This document shows, piece after piece, positions 9,772 through 19,067 of a DNA stretch of 64,000 bases (its first letter is position 1; each line of letters starts with the position of its first letter). A model generated the notes under the pieces. It had not been told where the DNA came from and did not search any database. It saw nothing but the letters and a program-made list of their open reading frames with translations. This DNA comes from Alicyclobacillus sp. SP_1 (GTDB lineage Bacteria > Bacillota > Bacilli > Alicyclobacillales > Alicyclobacillaceae), in NCBI RefSeq assembly GCF_024706985.1, contig NZ_JAMCCX010000018.1:1-64000 (forward strand). Reading direction: 5' to 3'. Position numbers and translations under genes: made by a program.

Positions 9772-11316
9772 ATGTCATCGTCTTTTTTGCAAGCATGGCA
9801 AATGATAGTCCATTATCTTCCGAAGTTGGCGGCTGGAGTCATTGTCTTACTGGTCGGATGGCTACTTGCAGCATTGATTGCGCGCGGTATTCAAGCGGCA
9901 GTCGCACGGAGCGGACTCGGTCGGCATATGGCAAAATGGCTCGGCGAAAACGAAGCTCAATCTGTAGCGATTGAACGGCGCTTTGGCCGAGTCTCGTATT
10001 ACATTTTACTGCTTTTGGTGCTGGTGGGTACGTTTCAAGCATTGGGTCTATTGTTGGTCAGTCAACCACTTAATCAGTTTGTGACGACTATCTTTAGCTA
10101 TATGCCGAGAATTCTAGGCGCCGCAACCTTGCTGCTCGCGGCATATTTACTCGCTAATCTGACTCGATTCCTGGTTCGTAAGAGTCTCAATATTGCTAGC
10201 TTTGGAAAGCGAGTAGAAGCCCGTGCCGACCTAAGCCAAGATGGCAAGCCGACACTGGTCAATACGATTGCGGAGACGGCCCACTGGCTGGTCTATCTCT
10301 TGTTTATCCCTGGAATTGTCGGCGCTCTGAACATTCCTGGTCTGCTCGGTCCATTCAGTTCCATGAGTAAAGTTGTCGTCAGCTATCTTCCGCACCTCTT
10401 GGGAGCTGCTCTCATTTTGGTGGTGGGCTGGTTTCTTGCTCGTATCATTCAGCGTATCTTGAGTAACTTGTTGAAAACGGTAGGAGCAGATGCACTGGGT
10501 CAGCGAGTGGGTCTCAACAAGGTTATGAGTGAGCAATTGTCTACGGTTATCGGGCTCGTGGTTTATGTTCTGATTCTCATCCCTGTGCTCATCGCTGTGT
10601 TGAACGCTTTGCAATTGCCGTATGTAACGGAACCAGCCAGTCATATGTTGAACATTACCTTGACGGCGCTGCCTCACATTTTTGCCGCATTTCTGGTCAT
10701 CCTCTTTTCCTGGTTTGTCGGCAGGGCATTGGCGCGCTTGGCTGAGAAATTACTCTCTGCCATCGGATTCAACCGTTTGTTCGTTCATCTTGGTTTGCCT
10801 TCTCAATCAGACTCTCCGAGCGAGAGACCTACTGCCATCGTCGGCTGGCTGGTGTTGGTTGCAGTGCTGACGTTTGCTACTCTGGAAGCGTTGCAGCTAC
10901 TCGGTTTCACATTTCTTGCAGGGTTGGTCAGCAGATTCCTCGTCTTCGGCGCTCACATTCTCTTTGGTCTTGTTATCATCGGGATTGGATTGGCTGTGGC
11001 CAATTGGATGGCGCGTGTTGTCCGCCAGTCGCAAAACAGTCAGTCGGGCCTTTTGGCGTTAGTTGCGCGCGTAGCGATTATCGGCTTTGGTTTTGCCATC
11101 GGGTTGCAGCAGATGGGCGTAGCGAATGACATTATTAATCTTGCGTTTGGATTGATTCTTGGTGCGGTTGCGGTGGCCGCAGCCATCGCGTTTGGCATCG
11201 GTGGTCGCGACGTTGCGGGGCAAGTTGTTCATGACTTGGCAAAGCGTGCCCGAGGAGAGGCTGGCAATAGACACTCGGACGGCCAAGCTGAAACGAGTGC
11301 GAATGAAGAAGGTTAA
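9772..11316 (+). CDS. membrane protein with multiple 'conserved TM helix' repeats (mechanosensitive-channel-associated type)
   Basis: about 5 repeats of a paired-TM module (LxxxLPxLxGAxxxLxVGWxLA...); GGAGGAGG SD. Confidence 0.6.
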   Translation: MSSSFLQAWQMIVHYLPKLAAGVIVLLVGWLLAALIARGIQAAVARSGLGRHMAKWLGENEAQSVAIERRFGRVSYYILLLLVLVGTFQALGLLLVSQPLNQFVTTIFSYMPRILGAATLLLAAYLLANLTRFLVRKSLNIASFGKRVEARADLSQDGKPTLVNTIAETAHWLVYLLFIPGIVGALNIPGLLGPFSSMSKVVVSYLPHLLGAALILVVGWFLARIIQRILSNLLKTVGADALGQRVGLNKVMSEQLSTVIGLVVYVLILIPVLIAVLNALQLPYVTEPASHMLNITLTALPHIFAAFLVILFSWFVGRALARLAEKLLSAIGFNRLFVHLGLPSQSDSPSERPTAIVGWLVLVAVLTFATLEALQLLGFTFLAGLVSRFLVFGAHILFGLVIIGIGLAVANWMARVVRQSQNSQSGLLALVARVAIIGFGFAIGLQQMGVANDIINLAFGLILGAVAVAAAIAFGIGGRDVAGQVVHDLAKRARGEAGNRHSDGQAETSANEEG

Positions 11317-11330
11317 CACGGATATGAGTC

Positions 11331-11360
11331 GGCCGGGCGTGATTCGCCCGGCCTTATTTT
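11331..11360 (+). terminator. rho-independent terminator
   Basis: GGCCGGGCG-TGATTC-GCCCGGCC followed by TTATTTT. Confidence 0.55.
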
Positions 11361-11510
11361 GGTTTGATCGCACATCGACGGACAGAAGCACGATATGATA
11401 TTGAAAAGGTTGCACATAGATTTAAGTATCGTGAGTGGGACTGAACTTCATAAAACGTCGTAAGTCGCAGAGCGCGAAGGGCCATGTTGCTCTAGAAGGG
11501 GTGCGGATTT

Positions 11511-12728
11511 ATGTGGAATGTTGAGGCCATCAGAAAACAATTTCCAGCGTTGACACGAGAGTATGGAGGTCGCCAGGCAGCATATTTTGACGGGCCAGGC
11601 GGCTCTCAGGTTGTGCAGTCTTGTATTGACGCTATGTCCGCGTACATGATTCGTGGTGGCGCAAACCTGCACGGGGTGTTTCCATCCAGTGTCGAGACTG
11701 AAGAAGTCATTTTACATGCACGCAAACGTGCCGCCGCTTTTTTGGGGGCAGAGCCGAATGAGATTGCATTTGGGGCCAATATGACCACTTTGAACTTCGC
11801 GATTTCGCGGGCGCTCTCCAGAGATTGGACGGATGCAGACAACATCGTTGTGACGGAGTTAGACCACCGAGCCAATGTCGACCCGTGGATTTCTGCTGCT
11901 AAAGACAAGGGAGCGAGCATTCGTTTTTTACAGGTCGACCCAGAAACCTTGACGCTGCGACTGGACGAGATGGAACAGGTCATCACAGAAGGGACAAAGT
12001 TGGTTGCGATTGGTCTTGCATCAAACGCGGTGGGCACGGTGAACGACGTTCGGCGGGTGGCGGATGTAGCCCATCGATTTGGAGCGACGGTTGCGGTTGA
12101 TGCGGTACATGCAGCGCCCCATATCTCTGTGCAACGGGATGAACTGGGTGCGGACATTTTGCTGTGCTCTGCTTACAAGTTTTTTGGGCCACATCTGGGT
12201 ATTGCGGCGATTCGTTCAGCGCTGTTTGAGCGACTTGAGACCTATCGCTTGCTCCCGGCCCCTGATGGTTGTCCGGATAAGTTAGAGACAGGCACGCAGA
12301 ACCATGAGGGACTGGCGGGGCTGTCGGGTGCTATCGACTTTATCGCCAGACTAGGACATGGCGAGACACTGCGGGAACAGCTTCAAACGGCGATGGCGGC
12401 TATTGAAGCGGAGGAGGAGGCGTTGGCGCAAAGGCTTCGCGACGGGCTCGAAAGTATGGCTGGAGTTCATCTTTATACGGCTCCAGCTTCCGTCCGCAAA
12501 ACACCTACAGTCGCTTTTAATGTTGATGGTATGTCGCCGCGTAACGTTTGTAAAGCAGTCCTAGAGACGGCGAGCGTTTTCGTCGCAGACGGCGATTTTT
12601 ATGCCACCACGTTAGTTCGAAAATTAGGAGTCTTGGAGACCGGCGGCCTGGTACGGGCCGGTCTTGCGCCGTACAGCACTGTCGCAGAAGTCGACCGTCT
12701 TCTGCAAGCCGTGGAACGTTTAGGGTAA
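11511..12728 (+). CDS. aminotransferase class V / cysteine desulfurase-like PLP enzyme
   Basis: class V fold motifs (VAVDAVHAAPH, SAYKFFGPH with PLP-lysine context); about 405 aa. Confidence 0.7.
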   Translation: MWNVEAIRKQFPALTREYGGRQAAYFDGPGGSQVVQSCIDAMSAYMIRGGANLHGVFPSSVETEEVILHARKRAAAFLGAEPNEIAFGANMTTLNFAISRALSRDWTDADNIVVTELDHRANVDPWISAAKDKGASIRFLQVDPETLTLRLDEMEQVITEGTKLVAIGLASNAVGTVNDVRRVADVAHRFGATVAVDAVHAAPHISVQRDELGADILLCSAYKFFGPHLGIAAIRSALFERLETYRLLPAPDGCPDKLETGTQNHEGLAGLSGAIDFIARLGHGETLREQLQTAMAAIEAEEEALAQRLRDGLESMAGVHLYTAPASVRKTPTVAFNVDGMSPRNVCKAVLETASVFVADGDFYATTLVRKLGVLETGGLVRAGLAPYSTVAEVDRLLQAVERLG

Positions 12729-12869
12729 GTTTATATCGGCGTTTCGGCGGTCGAGCGTTGGTTGAAGATTCCTGTTCGCGGAAGTTTGTGTGGCTCGTCG
12801 TTTTTACGATATACTGAAGTGACAATTGATACGGAGCCGCACAGCGGACGGATGAGCTGAGAAGGCCAT

Positions 12870-13050
12870 CCAGTCTGCATTTGAACTGAAGGTTCTTCAG
12901 ACGAATGCGCAGGGAATCCGGTGTAATTCCGGAGCAGCCCCCGCTACTGTAAGTGAGGACGAAATTCCACGGGCCACTGACGCTTGAAGCGGATGGGAAG
13001 GCGGAAGAGTAGGGTGAATCACGAGTCAGGATATCTGCTGCTAGTGTGGC
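12870..13050 (+). ncRNA. cobalamin (AdoCbl) riboswitch aptamer
   Basis: core AGGGAAUCCGGUGUAAUUCCGGAGCAGCCCCCGCUACUGUAA, GCCACUG, GGGAAGGC, and B12-box GAGUCAGGAUAUCUGC all present in canonical order. Confidence 0.8.
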
Positions 13051-13128
13051 GTGTTCTCCTTCGGCGGGAAGGCTGTGACGCGACATCTATGAGCTTGGTT
13101 TTCTAAGGCTTACAGGGATGATGCGGCA

Positions 13129-13157
13129 AGCGAGCCTCTGAGGAGGCTCGCTTTTTC
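13129..13157 (+). terminator. riboswitch expression-platform intrinsic terminator
   Basis: AGCGAGCCUC-UGAG-GAGGCUCGCU 10-bp stem followed by UUUUU; about 85 nt upstream of DUF4430 gene start. Confidence 0.6.
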
Positions 13158-13243
13158 GATGACGAAAGCGTGTGCAGGATGGCGTTGGAACAAGGTCTGT
13201 TGTGTGTTGTCGTTGGAGATAGACCAGAGAGGAGAACTGGTAT

Positions 13244-14110
13244 ATGCGTAGATTGGCGAAGGTTGCGTCGATAGCGATTGCCGCAGCTGCCCTAGCGGGC
13301 GGGGTTCTCTTTGCCCCACATTCGCATGCAGCGCCAACAGTCTCCTCTGCGTGGTTGCACAGTTTGACGAAGGGAACACCGTCCTCGACGGTTGCAGCAG
13401 AACAAGCGGAGACAATAGTCGGAGCGTCCCACCCATCCGCGTCGTCGAGCACTTCCAGAGACACACCGTCGCACCGTTTGTTGACATCGTCCAAAACCGT
13501 TTCGCATTCAACCAAAATGTCGTCGACTTCGTTTGTGACCCATTCGGCTCAGTCCAATCCCGTTACGACCAGTGTGGCGACCTCAGCGACAACAAAACCA
13601 TCAGGCGCAATTGAGCTAGGAAAACCTGCGCACCATCGTTCGTCACAGACGGAGGCCGTAAAACCAGCACAACAAAAGCCAGTCCAAGCTTCTTCGTCTT
13701 CGAAATCAACAGATGCTGCCGCGTCTTCGAAGTCAACAGATGCTGCGACGGCGGTGACTCCACCGAAAGCCGCAGTACCCGACAAGTATGGTACTTTCAC
13801 GATTGTCGTGAGTAAATTTCAACACGTACTTGTGGATGAAAAAGTTCCTGTGGTTCCGGGTGAATCGCTCATGCAGTACATGCATCAGTACTTCAAAATT
13901 ACGACGGCTTACGGCGGTGGGTTCATGGTTTCTATTGATGGAATTCGGTCCCAATGGACAGGAGTTCCGGTAGGTCAGCGCAAGCCATACGATTGGTTTC
14001 TTTATGTCAACGGGACTGAAGCCCCAGTTGGCGCTTTGAGTATCTTTCCGAAAGCGGGGGACGTGGACGTTTGGGACTATCAAAAGTGGAACCCAGCCAC
14101 CGGCCAGTGA
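13244..14110 (+). CDS. secreted DUF4430-like (transcobalamin beta-domain-like) protein with Ser/Thr-rich linker
   Basis: signal peptide; long S/T low-complexity region; C-terminal FTIVV...GGFMVSIDGIRS...WFLYVNG...DVDVWDY pattern typical of DUF4430; first gene after B12 riboswitch. Confidence 0.65.
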   Translation: MRRLAKVASIAIAAAALAGGVLFAPHSHAAPTVSSAWLHSLTKGTPSSTVAAEQAETIVGASHPSASSSTSRDTPSHRLLTSSKTVSHSTKMSSTSFVTHSAQSNPVTTSVATSATTKPSGAIELGKPAHHRSSQTEAVKPAQQKPVQASSSSKSTDAAASSKSTDAATAVTPPKAAVPDKYGTFTIVVSKFQHVLVDEKVPVVPGESLMQYMHQYFKITTAYGGGFMVSIDGIRSQWTGVPVGQRKPYDWFLYVNGTEAPVGALSIFPKAGDVDVWDYQKWNPATGQ

Positions 14111-14124
14111 GGCGCACGACCGCC

Positions 14125-15000
14125 ATGCACCGCCTCGCTACACCGAATCATCCTTGGGTCTACCCAGCGCTATTCTTGACATGGTGTCTCATGTCGGTCG
14201 CGCTTCAGAATCTTTGGTTACTCTTGGCGCTTCTCGCGAGTGCTGTTGCAGTACTCTTGGTGGGAGGAACGCCGAGCCGAGGTACGTATCGCTCTATGCT
14301 CTGGACAGTTCGCTTAACCCTGCCGTTTGTCTGCTTGTACGCGCTCGTGTCCATTGGCTACGCCTCGGCGCATCCGCTTGTTCCCCCGGTTTGGTTGAAG
14401 ATACCACGTGTTCCCCTGTTTGGAACGCTGGTTGTGACCAAGCGAGGGCTGGACGTAGGGTCCACAGAAGCACTCCATTGGTTTGACGTGCTGGTGATTT
14501 TTTGGGCCATCAGCGGTCAAGTGTCCGCAGACGACATCCAGCACTGGCTCGGACGGCGCTTTGCGAGGGCAGGACTGTCGCTCGCCATGGTCCTGCACTT
14601 TGTCCCCGAATTGCTGGCAGAGCGAGAACGCGTGTTGGATTGGATGACCGTTCGCCGCCGCAACTTGGCACAGCAAGCGAGTTCTTCCTGGCTCGCGAGA
14701 GGGCGCCGAGAGTTGCAAATGCAAAAGACCCTTTATCGAGTGTTATTGACGAACGCACTAGAACGCGCTTGGCAGTTAGCCGAAGCGATGACCGTCCGCG
14801 GGTATGGGGCTACACGCAAAACAAGATATTCGCTCGCCCGTTGGCGGCCCTACGATGTATGGCTATGCGTTCTCTCTGCTTTGGCGCTGACTTTCGCGGT
14901 AGTGCCGGCGCTTTCGGGACTCGGCGTAGGACTTATTATCGCGGTGGCGGCTATCGTCCGCTGGCGATGGCGTGCCAGCTTGGAGTGGTCCTTGCAATGA
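14125..15000 (+). CDS. ECF transporter transmembrane (T) component, EcfT/CbiQ-like (CbrV-like)
   Basis: polytopic; coupling-helix A-x-x-x-R-G motifs (LERAWQLAEAMTVRGYG); ORF 14071-15000, start uncertain. Confidence 0.6.
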   Translation: MHRLATPNHPWVYPALFLTWCLMSVALQNLWLLLALLASAVAVLLVGGTPSRGTYRSMLWTVRLTLPFVCLYALVSIGYASAHPLVPPVWLKIPRVPLFGTLVVTKRGLDVGSTEALHWFDVLVIFWAISGQVSADDIQHWLGRRFARAGLSLAMVLHFVPELLAERERVLDWMTVRRRNLAQQASSSWLARGRRELQMQKTLYRVLLTNALERAWQLAEAMTVRGYGATRKTRYSLARWRPYDVWLCVLSALALTFAVVPALSGLGVGLIIAVAAIVRWRWRASLEWSLQ

Positions 15001-16829
15001 CGCGCGCAGTGGAGATAGAGCATCTCACCTATTGCTACCCAGAACGTGCTGAAAACGCATTGACGGACGTGTGTTTGACGGTCGAGGTCGGAGATTGGGT
15101 GCTGTTGCAGGGACTGACGGGTTCTGGGAAGTCTACACTACTCCAATGCATCACTGGGGCGTGTCCGCGCTTCCATGGAGGCGCTATCGGCGGAGACGTG
15201 CGCCTGCTTGGAACGTCGATTCATCGCTTGGATGCTTCGTCGCAAGCCCAGCAAATCGGCTATGTCAGCCAAAATCCCGTGGCGCAGTCTGTGTACGAGA
15301 ATGTGGCGCATGAGGTTGCGTTTACGCTTGAAAATTTAGGTGTGCCGAAATCCGACATGTTTTGGCGCGTTGCCGAATCGCTAGAACTGGTCGGGATGTC
15401 CGACTTGAGCGACCGGCCTCTGTCCAGTTTGTCTGGCGGTCAGCGCCAGCGCGTTGCGCTAGCAGCCGCTCTGGTCCATCAACCGCGCATCTTGTTGCTG
15501 GATGAGGCAGCTTCTCAGCTCGATCCGGTCGCGGCCGCGGAATTTTTTGAGGTGGTCCAGAGAATACACCTGGATTACGGCGTGACCGTGATTTTGACGG
15601 ACCATCGTGCGGATGCTGCTTATCCATGGGTCAATCAGGTCGTCGTGCTTGAAAAAGGGCGCATGGTGCAGCAATTCCCGAGCCCGTTCGTGGCAGCAAG
15701 GTGGTTGGTTTCGCATCGACCTGTCTTGGCCCCTACGCTAGCGCACATCGATGTCGCAATGAAGGAGCAAGTCGGCGCTTCTCAAGAAGTCACAGCGTTA
15801 ACGGTGGGCGCTCTGCGCAAGGCCATCCGTCCCTACTTTGAGCATCTTAGCCGCTTTGGTCAGGTTGAGTGCCTCACTGTGGACCGTGCCGGTTTTGGTA
15901 GGCACGGCGGAGATGCGACGACGGGCTGCGGCTCGACCGTAGAGAACGTGCGGTCCCATTCTCCGCCGTTCGTAGAAGCCCGGTTCGGGGGGAATGAGGA
16001 ACCGCTCGTGACCAGTGCGGCTCCAGCCAGAGGCCAGCGTGGGAACGACGAATCATGGGTGGCACTGAAGGGCGTCTCCATCTACTTTGCGGGTCGCGCA
16101 AATCCGGCTCTGGAAGATCTTTCAATGCAAATTGCTGGTCAAGCCAGAATTGCCTTGATTGGCCCGAACGGATCCGGCAAAACGACTTTGCTCCGAACGC
16201 TCGCTGGATTGCTACCACTGGCGACTGGACGCGGGACGGGGAGTTTGCTCGGCAAATCTGTGCGGGGTGCGAAGTCTCGACTGGAAACGGCGGGAGTGGG
16301 CTACCTTCCGCAAAATCCGCAGGAATTGTTGCACGGCAGCAGCGTGCGCGAAGAATTGGAGCTAGCACTCAAAGATGCGGGTCACGGTCTGCACCAAGCG
16401 AGCACTTTGGCTCAACGTTGGCTGCAAGACTTTCGTTTGGAGGCTCTCGCTGCCAAGCATCCCAGAGATTTGTCGGGTGGACAGCAAGTACAGGTCGCCT
16501 TGGCCGCTGTGCTTGCAACCCATCCGAAGCTGCTGCTCCTCGATGAACCGACACGAGGTTTGGATGCGAGCGCGCGTGAACTTCTGTGGGAGCGATTGGC
16601 TGCCTTTGATGGGGCCATTGTGATGGCCTCACACGACTTAGAGTTTGTGGCCGACTTTGCTACCGAAGTTCTTTTTCTTAGCCGTGGTCGGGTGGTTTTA
16701 CACGGCCAGCCGCGCGACGTGTTTCGCCAGGCGCTGGTCTTTGCCCCCGTCGTGGCGCGCGTGTTTCGAGGGTTTTCGGACGAAATCCTCACTCTTAAAG
16801 ATGCAGTGCGAGGAGGCTTCGCTAGGTGA
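14997..16829 (+). CDS. fused duplicated ECF/cobalt-type ABC ATPase (EcfA-EcfA', CbrU-like)
   Basis: two complete NBDs: GLTGSGKST / LSGGQRQR / LLLDEA and GPNGSGKTT / LSGGQQVQ / LLLDEP; ATGA overlap with upstream gene; the 775-aa ORF-track extension overlaps EcfT out of frame. Confidence 0.8.
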   Translation: MTRAVEIEHLTYCYPERAENALTDVCLTVEVGDWVLLQGLTGSGKSTLLQCITGACPRFHGGAIGGDVRLLGTSIHRLDASSQAQQIGYVSQNPVAQSVYENVAHEVAFTLENLGVPKSDMFWRVAESLELVGMSDLSDRPLSSLSGGQRQRVALAAALVHQPRILLLDEAASQLDPVAAAEFFEVVQRIHLDYGVTVILTDHRADAAYPWVNQVVVLEKGRMVQQFPSPFVAARWLVSHRPVLAPTLAHIDVAMKEQVGASQEVTALTVGALRKAIRPYFEHLSRFGQVECLTVDRAGFGRHGGDATTGCGSTVENVRSHSPPFVEARFGGNEEPLVTSAAPARGQRGNDESWVALKGVSIYFAGRANPALEDLSMQIAGQARIALIGPNGSGKTTLLRTLAGLLPLATGRGTGSLLGKSVRGAKSRLETAGVGYLPQNPQELLHGSSVREELELALKDAGHGLHQASTLAQRWLQDFRLEALAAKHPRDLSGGQQVQVALAAVLATHPKLLLLDEPTRGLDASARELLWERLAAFDGAIVMASHDLEFVADFATEVLFLSRGRVVLHGQPRDVFRQALVFAPVVARVFRGFSDEILTLKDAVRGGFAR

Positions 16830-17584
16830 CAAACTGGGCCAAAGCACAGGTCGGTGTCTGCGTTCTCGTTGCCTTTGGAGTGCTCGTGTATGGTAGCATC
16901 GTCGAGTGGGACTGGTATTTCATCGCCATCGCCATGGCCGCCGTCTTGACGTATGCGGGACTGACTGCGTATGAGTCGATGGCGGTCGACCCGAAAAACA
17001 TTGCGCTCGTCGCGACGTTGGGTGCCGTGTCTTCGATTGGACGAGTGGTCGTGCAGGGCATTCCGGATGCTGAGCCTGCCACGTTTCTCGTGTTGATGTC
17101 CGGCTTTTCCTTTGGTCCTGTGGTCGGCGCAGTGGTCGGCGCACTGACGGCACTGGGGTCAAATCTCGTTCTTGGGGAAGGCATTTGGACGCCTTGGCAG
17201 ATGGTGGCGTGGGGCTTGGTCGGATTTTCTGCTGGACTGTTGCGAAGGATGTGGCCTAGCATCCGCATCCGCTGGCTCATCCCTTTTGCGGTTGTCTGCG
17301 GCTATGCATTTGGGTGGTTCATGAATATTCAGTACCTACTCGGCGAATCGTCCGTGACCTGGAAGGCATATCTTGCCGCTTGTGTGGCCAGTTTCTTTCC
17401 ATTTGATACGACCAACGCAGTGGTGACGGCAGGCCTGGTGGCGATTGCAGGATATCCAGTCTATCAAATTTTTGAACGGTTTCGGAAGCGGATGGTCGTC
17501 ACACGTTTGGACTCATCTGACGGATACTCTGAGACAGGAAACGAGCGCGAAGATATCGCGAACACAGAGAGGAATGAGTTTTGA
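16826..17584 (+). CDS. putative ECF transporter substrate-specific (S) component (CbrT-like) with hydrophilic C-terminal tail
   Basis: small 6-TM-like hydrophobic protein; GTGA overlap with ATPase stop; position within B12-riboswitch operon. Confidence 0.5.
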   Translation: MTNWAKAQVGVCVLVAFGVLVYGSIVEWDWYFIAIAMAAVLTYAGLTAYESMAVDPKNIALVATLGAVSSIGRVVVQGIPDAEPATFLVLMSGFSFGPVVGAVVGALTALGSNLVLGEGIWTPWQMVAWGLVGFSAGLLRRMWPSIRIRWLIPFAVVCGYAFGWFMNIQYLLGESSVTWKAYLAACVASFFPFDTTNAVVTAGLVAIAGYPVYQIFERFRKRMVVTRLDSSDGYSETGNEREDIANTERNEF

Positions 17585-18900
17585 TGACAAAGAAGTTTTG
17601 GATTAGCACGAGTACAGTCGCGGCGGCGACGATTGTCATGGCCGCACCTTTGACAGCATTAGCTGCGTCGAGTGGACAAGCTGGCACGAGTACGGCTGGC
17701 AGCACTTACGGCAGTACCTCCCCGTCTCAGATGACTTCGCAAGCTGAAAAGAAAGTAGAATGGACTGATTTGACATCTGCGGTCGCTTACATGAATAAGA
17801 CGCAGATGAGCGCTTTGCCAGATTGGACCCTGATGGTCAACTTTGCGGACAACCACATTGTTCCGGATGTCAAGTGGTCGGCCAAAGGTCTTTCTTCGAA
17901 AGCATCCACTGGGACACTGGATAAGGAAATTTTGGCGGCGTTAGCGGACCATCTCAATCCGCAGGATCTCATGGGGCACAATCTTGTTCAGGATTTAGCG
18001 AGCCGCGAATGGACCAGTGGCAAGAATGCCGGTTACTTTGCGTCCGCTGCGGGTGCGCCGGACACGACCGATACGGGACTGTCGGTGACCGACCAAGCGC
18101 TGTCGATCTTGGCGTTGCAGGATGCGGGGGGCGTGAAGTACGACGCAGCGGCTGCCGAGAAGTGGCTTCTTGGGACCCAGCATAAGGACGGCGGATTTGG
18201 CTATCAGGTCGGCGCGAGCAGCGACTCCAACGATACCGCGTATGTCATTGAAGCGTTGGCATCCTTGGGCGATACGAGCATGTCGGGTCCAGTGGCCAAA
18301 GCCTTGGCCTATGAGAAAAAACTGCAGGTCTCCGATGGTGGATTTCTCTATGATTCAACCGCCAAAGCGATGGATGCAGACTCAGACGGCACGGTGATGG
18401 ACGCACTCGCGAGCGTGGGTATAGCACCTTCCTCGTGGGCGGTGGGGACGAACACACCCGTAACGGCGCTGCTGTCGCTTTACAATGCGAAAGTGGGCGG
18501 GTTTAACTATCAACTCTCCGGAAAGTATTCGGGCGTGGACGGATACTCCACTCGCGATGGAGCGTTTGGGTTGGCAGCCAGCCTGACCGGAAAATCCATC
18601 TTTGAGCGGCTACATTACACCCCGCTCACGAAGTGGAACGCTTACTGGGCGGCAGTCGCCAAGAAACACGGTCTGTGGATGAATCATCAATGGATGCCGT
18701 GGAGCGCTGTGAAAGAAGAGGCCGCAGCGGGATCGTACGATTCATCTCTCAACGCCTACTGGCAAGCTGTTGTCAAAAAAGGTGGCATGTGGGTGACGAA
18801 GGATGGACATCCGGTGTTCATGCCCTGGAATGAGCAGATGGCGCATGCGGCACTCGTTGGCAGTTTTGGCGCGGATTCGGTGTTTGTGGCGGGACTGTAA
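17584..18900 (+). CDS. secreted prenyltransferase/squalene-cyclase-like alpha-alpha toroid repeat protein
   Basis: signal peptide; repeats QDAGGVKYD...HKDGGFGY, SDGGFLYD, AKVGGFNYQ typical of terpene-cyclase/prenyltransferase beta-subunit repeats; last gene of riboswitch operon. Confidence 0.55.
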   Translation: MTKKFWISTSTVAAATIVMAAPLTALAASSGQAGTSTAGSTYGSTSPSQMTSQAEKKVEWTDLTSAVAYMNKTQMSALPDWTLMVNFADNHIVPDVKWSAKGLSSKASTGTLDKEILAALADHLNPQDLMGHNLVQDLASREWTSGKNAGYFASAAGAPDTTDTGLSVTDQALSILALQDAGGVKYDAAAAEKWLLGTQHKDGGFGYQVGASSDSNDTAYVIEALASLGDTSMSGPVAKALAYEKKLQVSDGGFLYDSTAKAMDADSDGTVMDALASVGIAPSSWAVGTNTPVTALLSLYNAKVGGFNYQLSGKYSGVDGYSTRDGAFGLAASLTGKSIFERLHYTPLTKWNAYWAAVAKKHGLWMNHQWMPWSAVKEEAAAGSYDSSLNAYWQAVVKKGGMWVTKDGHPVFMPWNEQMAHAALVGSFGADSVFVAGL

Positions 18901-18978
18901 AGAACCCGAGCTTTTTGCGGCCTGACGAGCGGTAGTTCGCTCTCTTTCTTTTTTGTTGCAAACCAGAATCAACACAAG

Positions 18979-19007
18979 GACCCTGCAGAGCTGTGCTGTG
19001 CAGGGTC
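18979..19007. terminator. bidirectional hairpin terminator between convergent genes
   Basis: GACCCTGCAGAG-CTGTG-CTGTGCAGGGTC then TCTTTGCC. Confidence 0.5.
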
Positions 19008-19067
19008 TTTGCCTATATTTGCATGGAGTTGGTGGGTTGCAAGTCGCCACAGGGCCTTGAAAGAGAT

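Noticed and set aside
14502-16829. 775-aa ORF-track product with long N-terminal extension before the ABC ATPase
   Set aside because: Extension overlaps the EcfT gene in another frame and contains no domain; ATG 14997 with ATGA coupling gives a standard double-NBD protein
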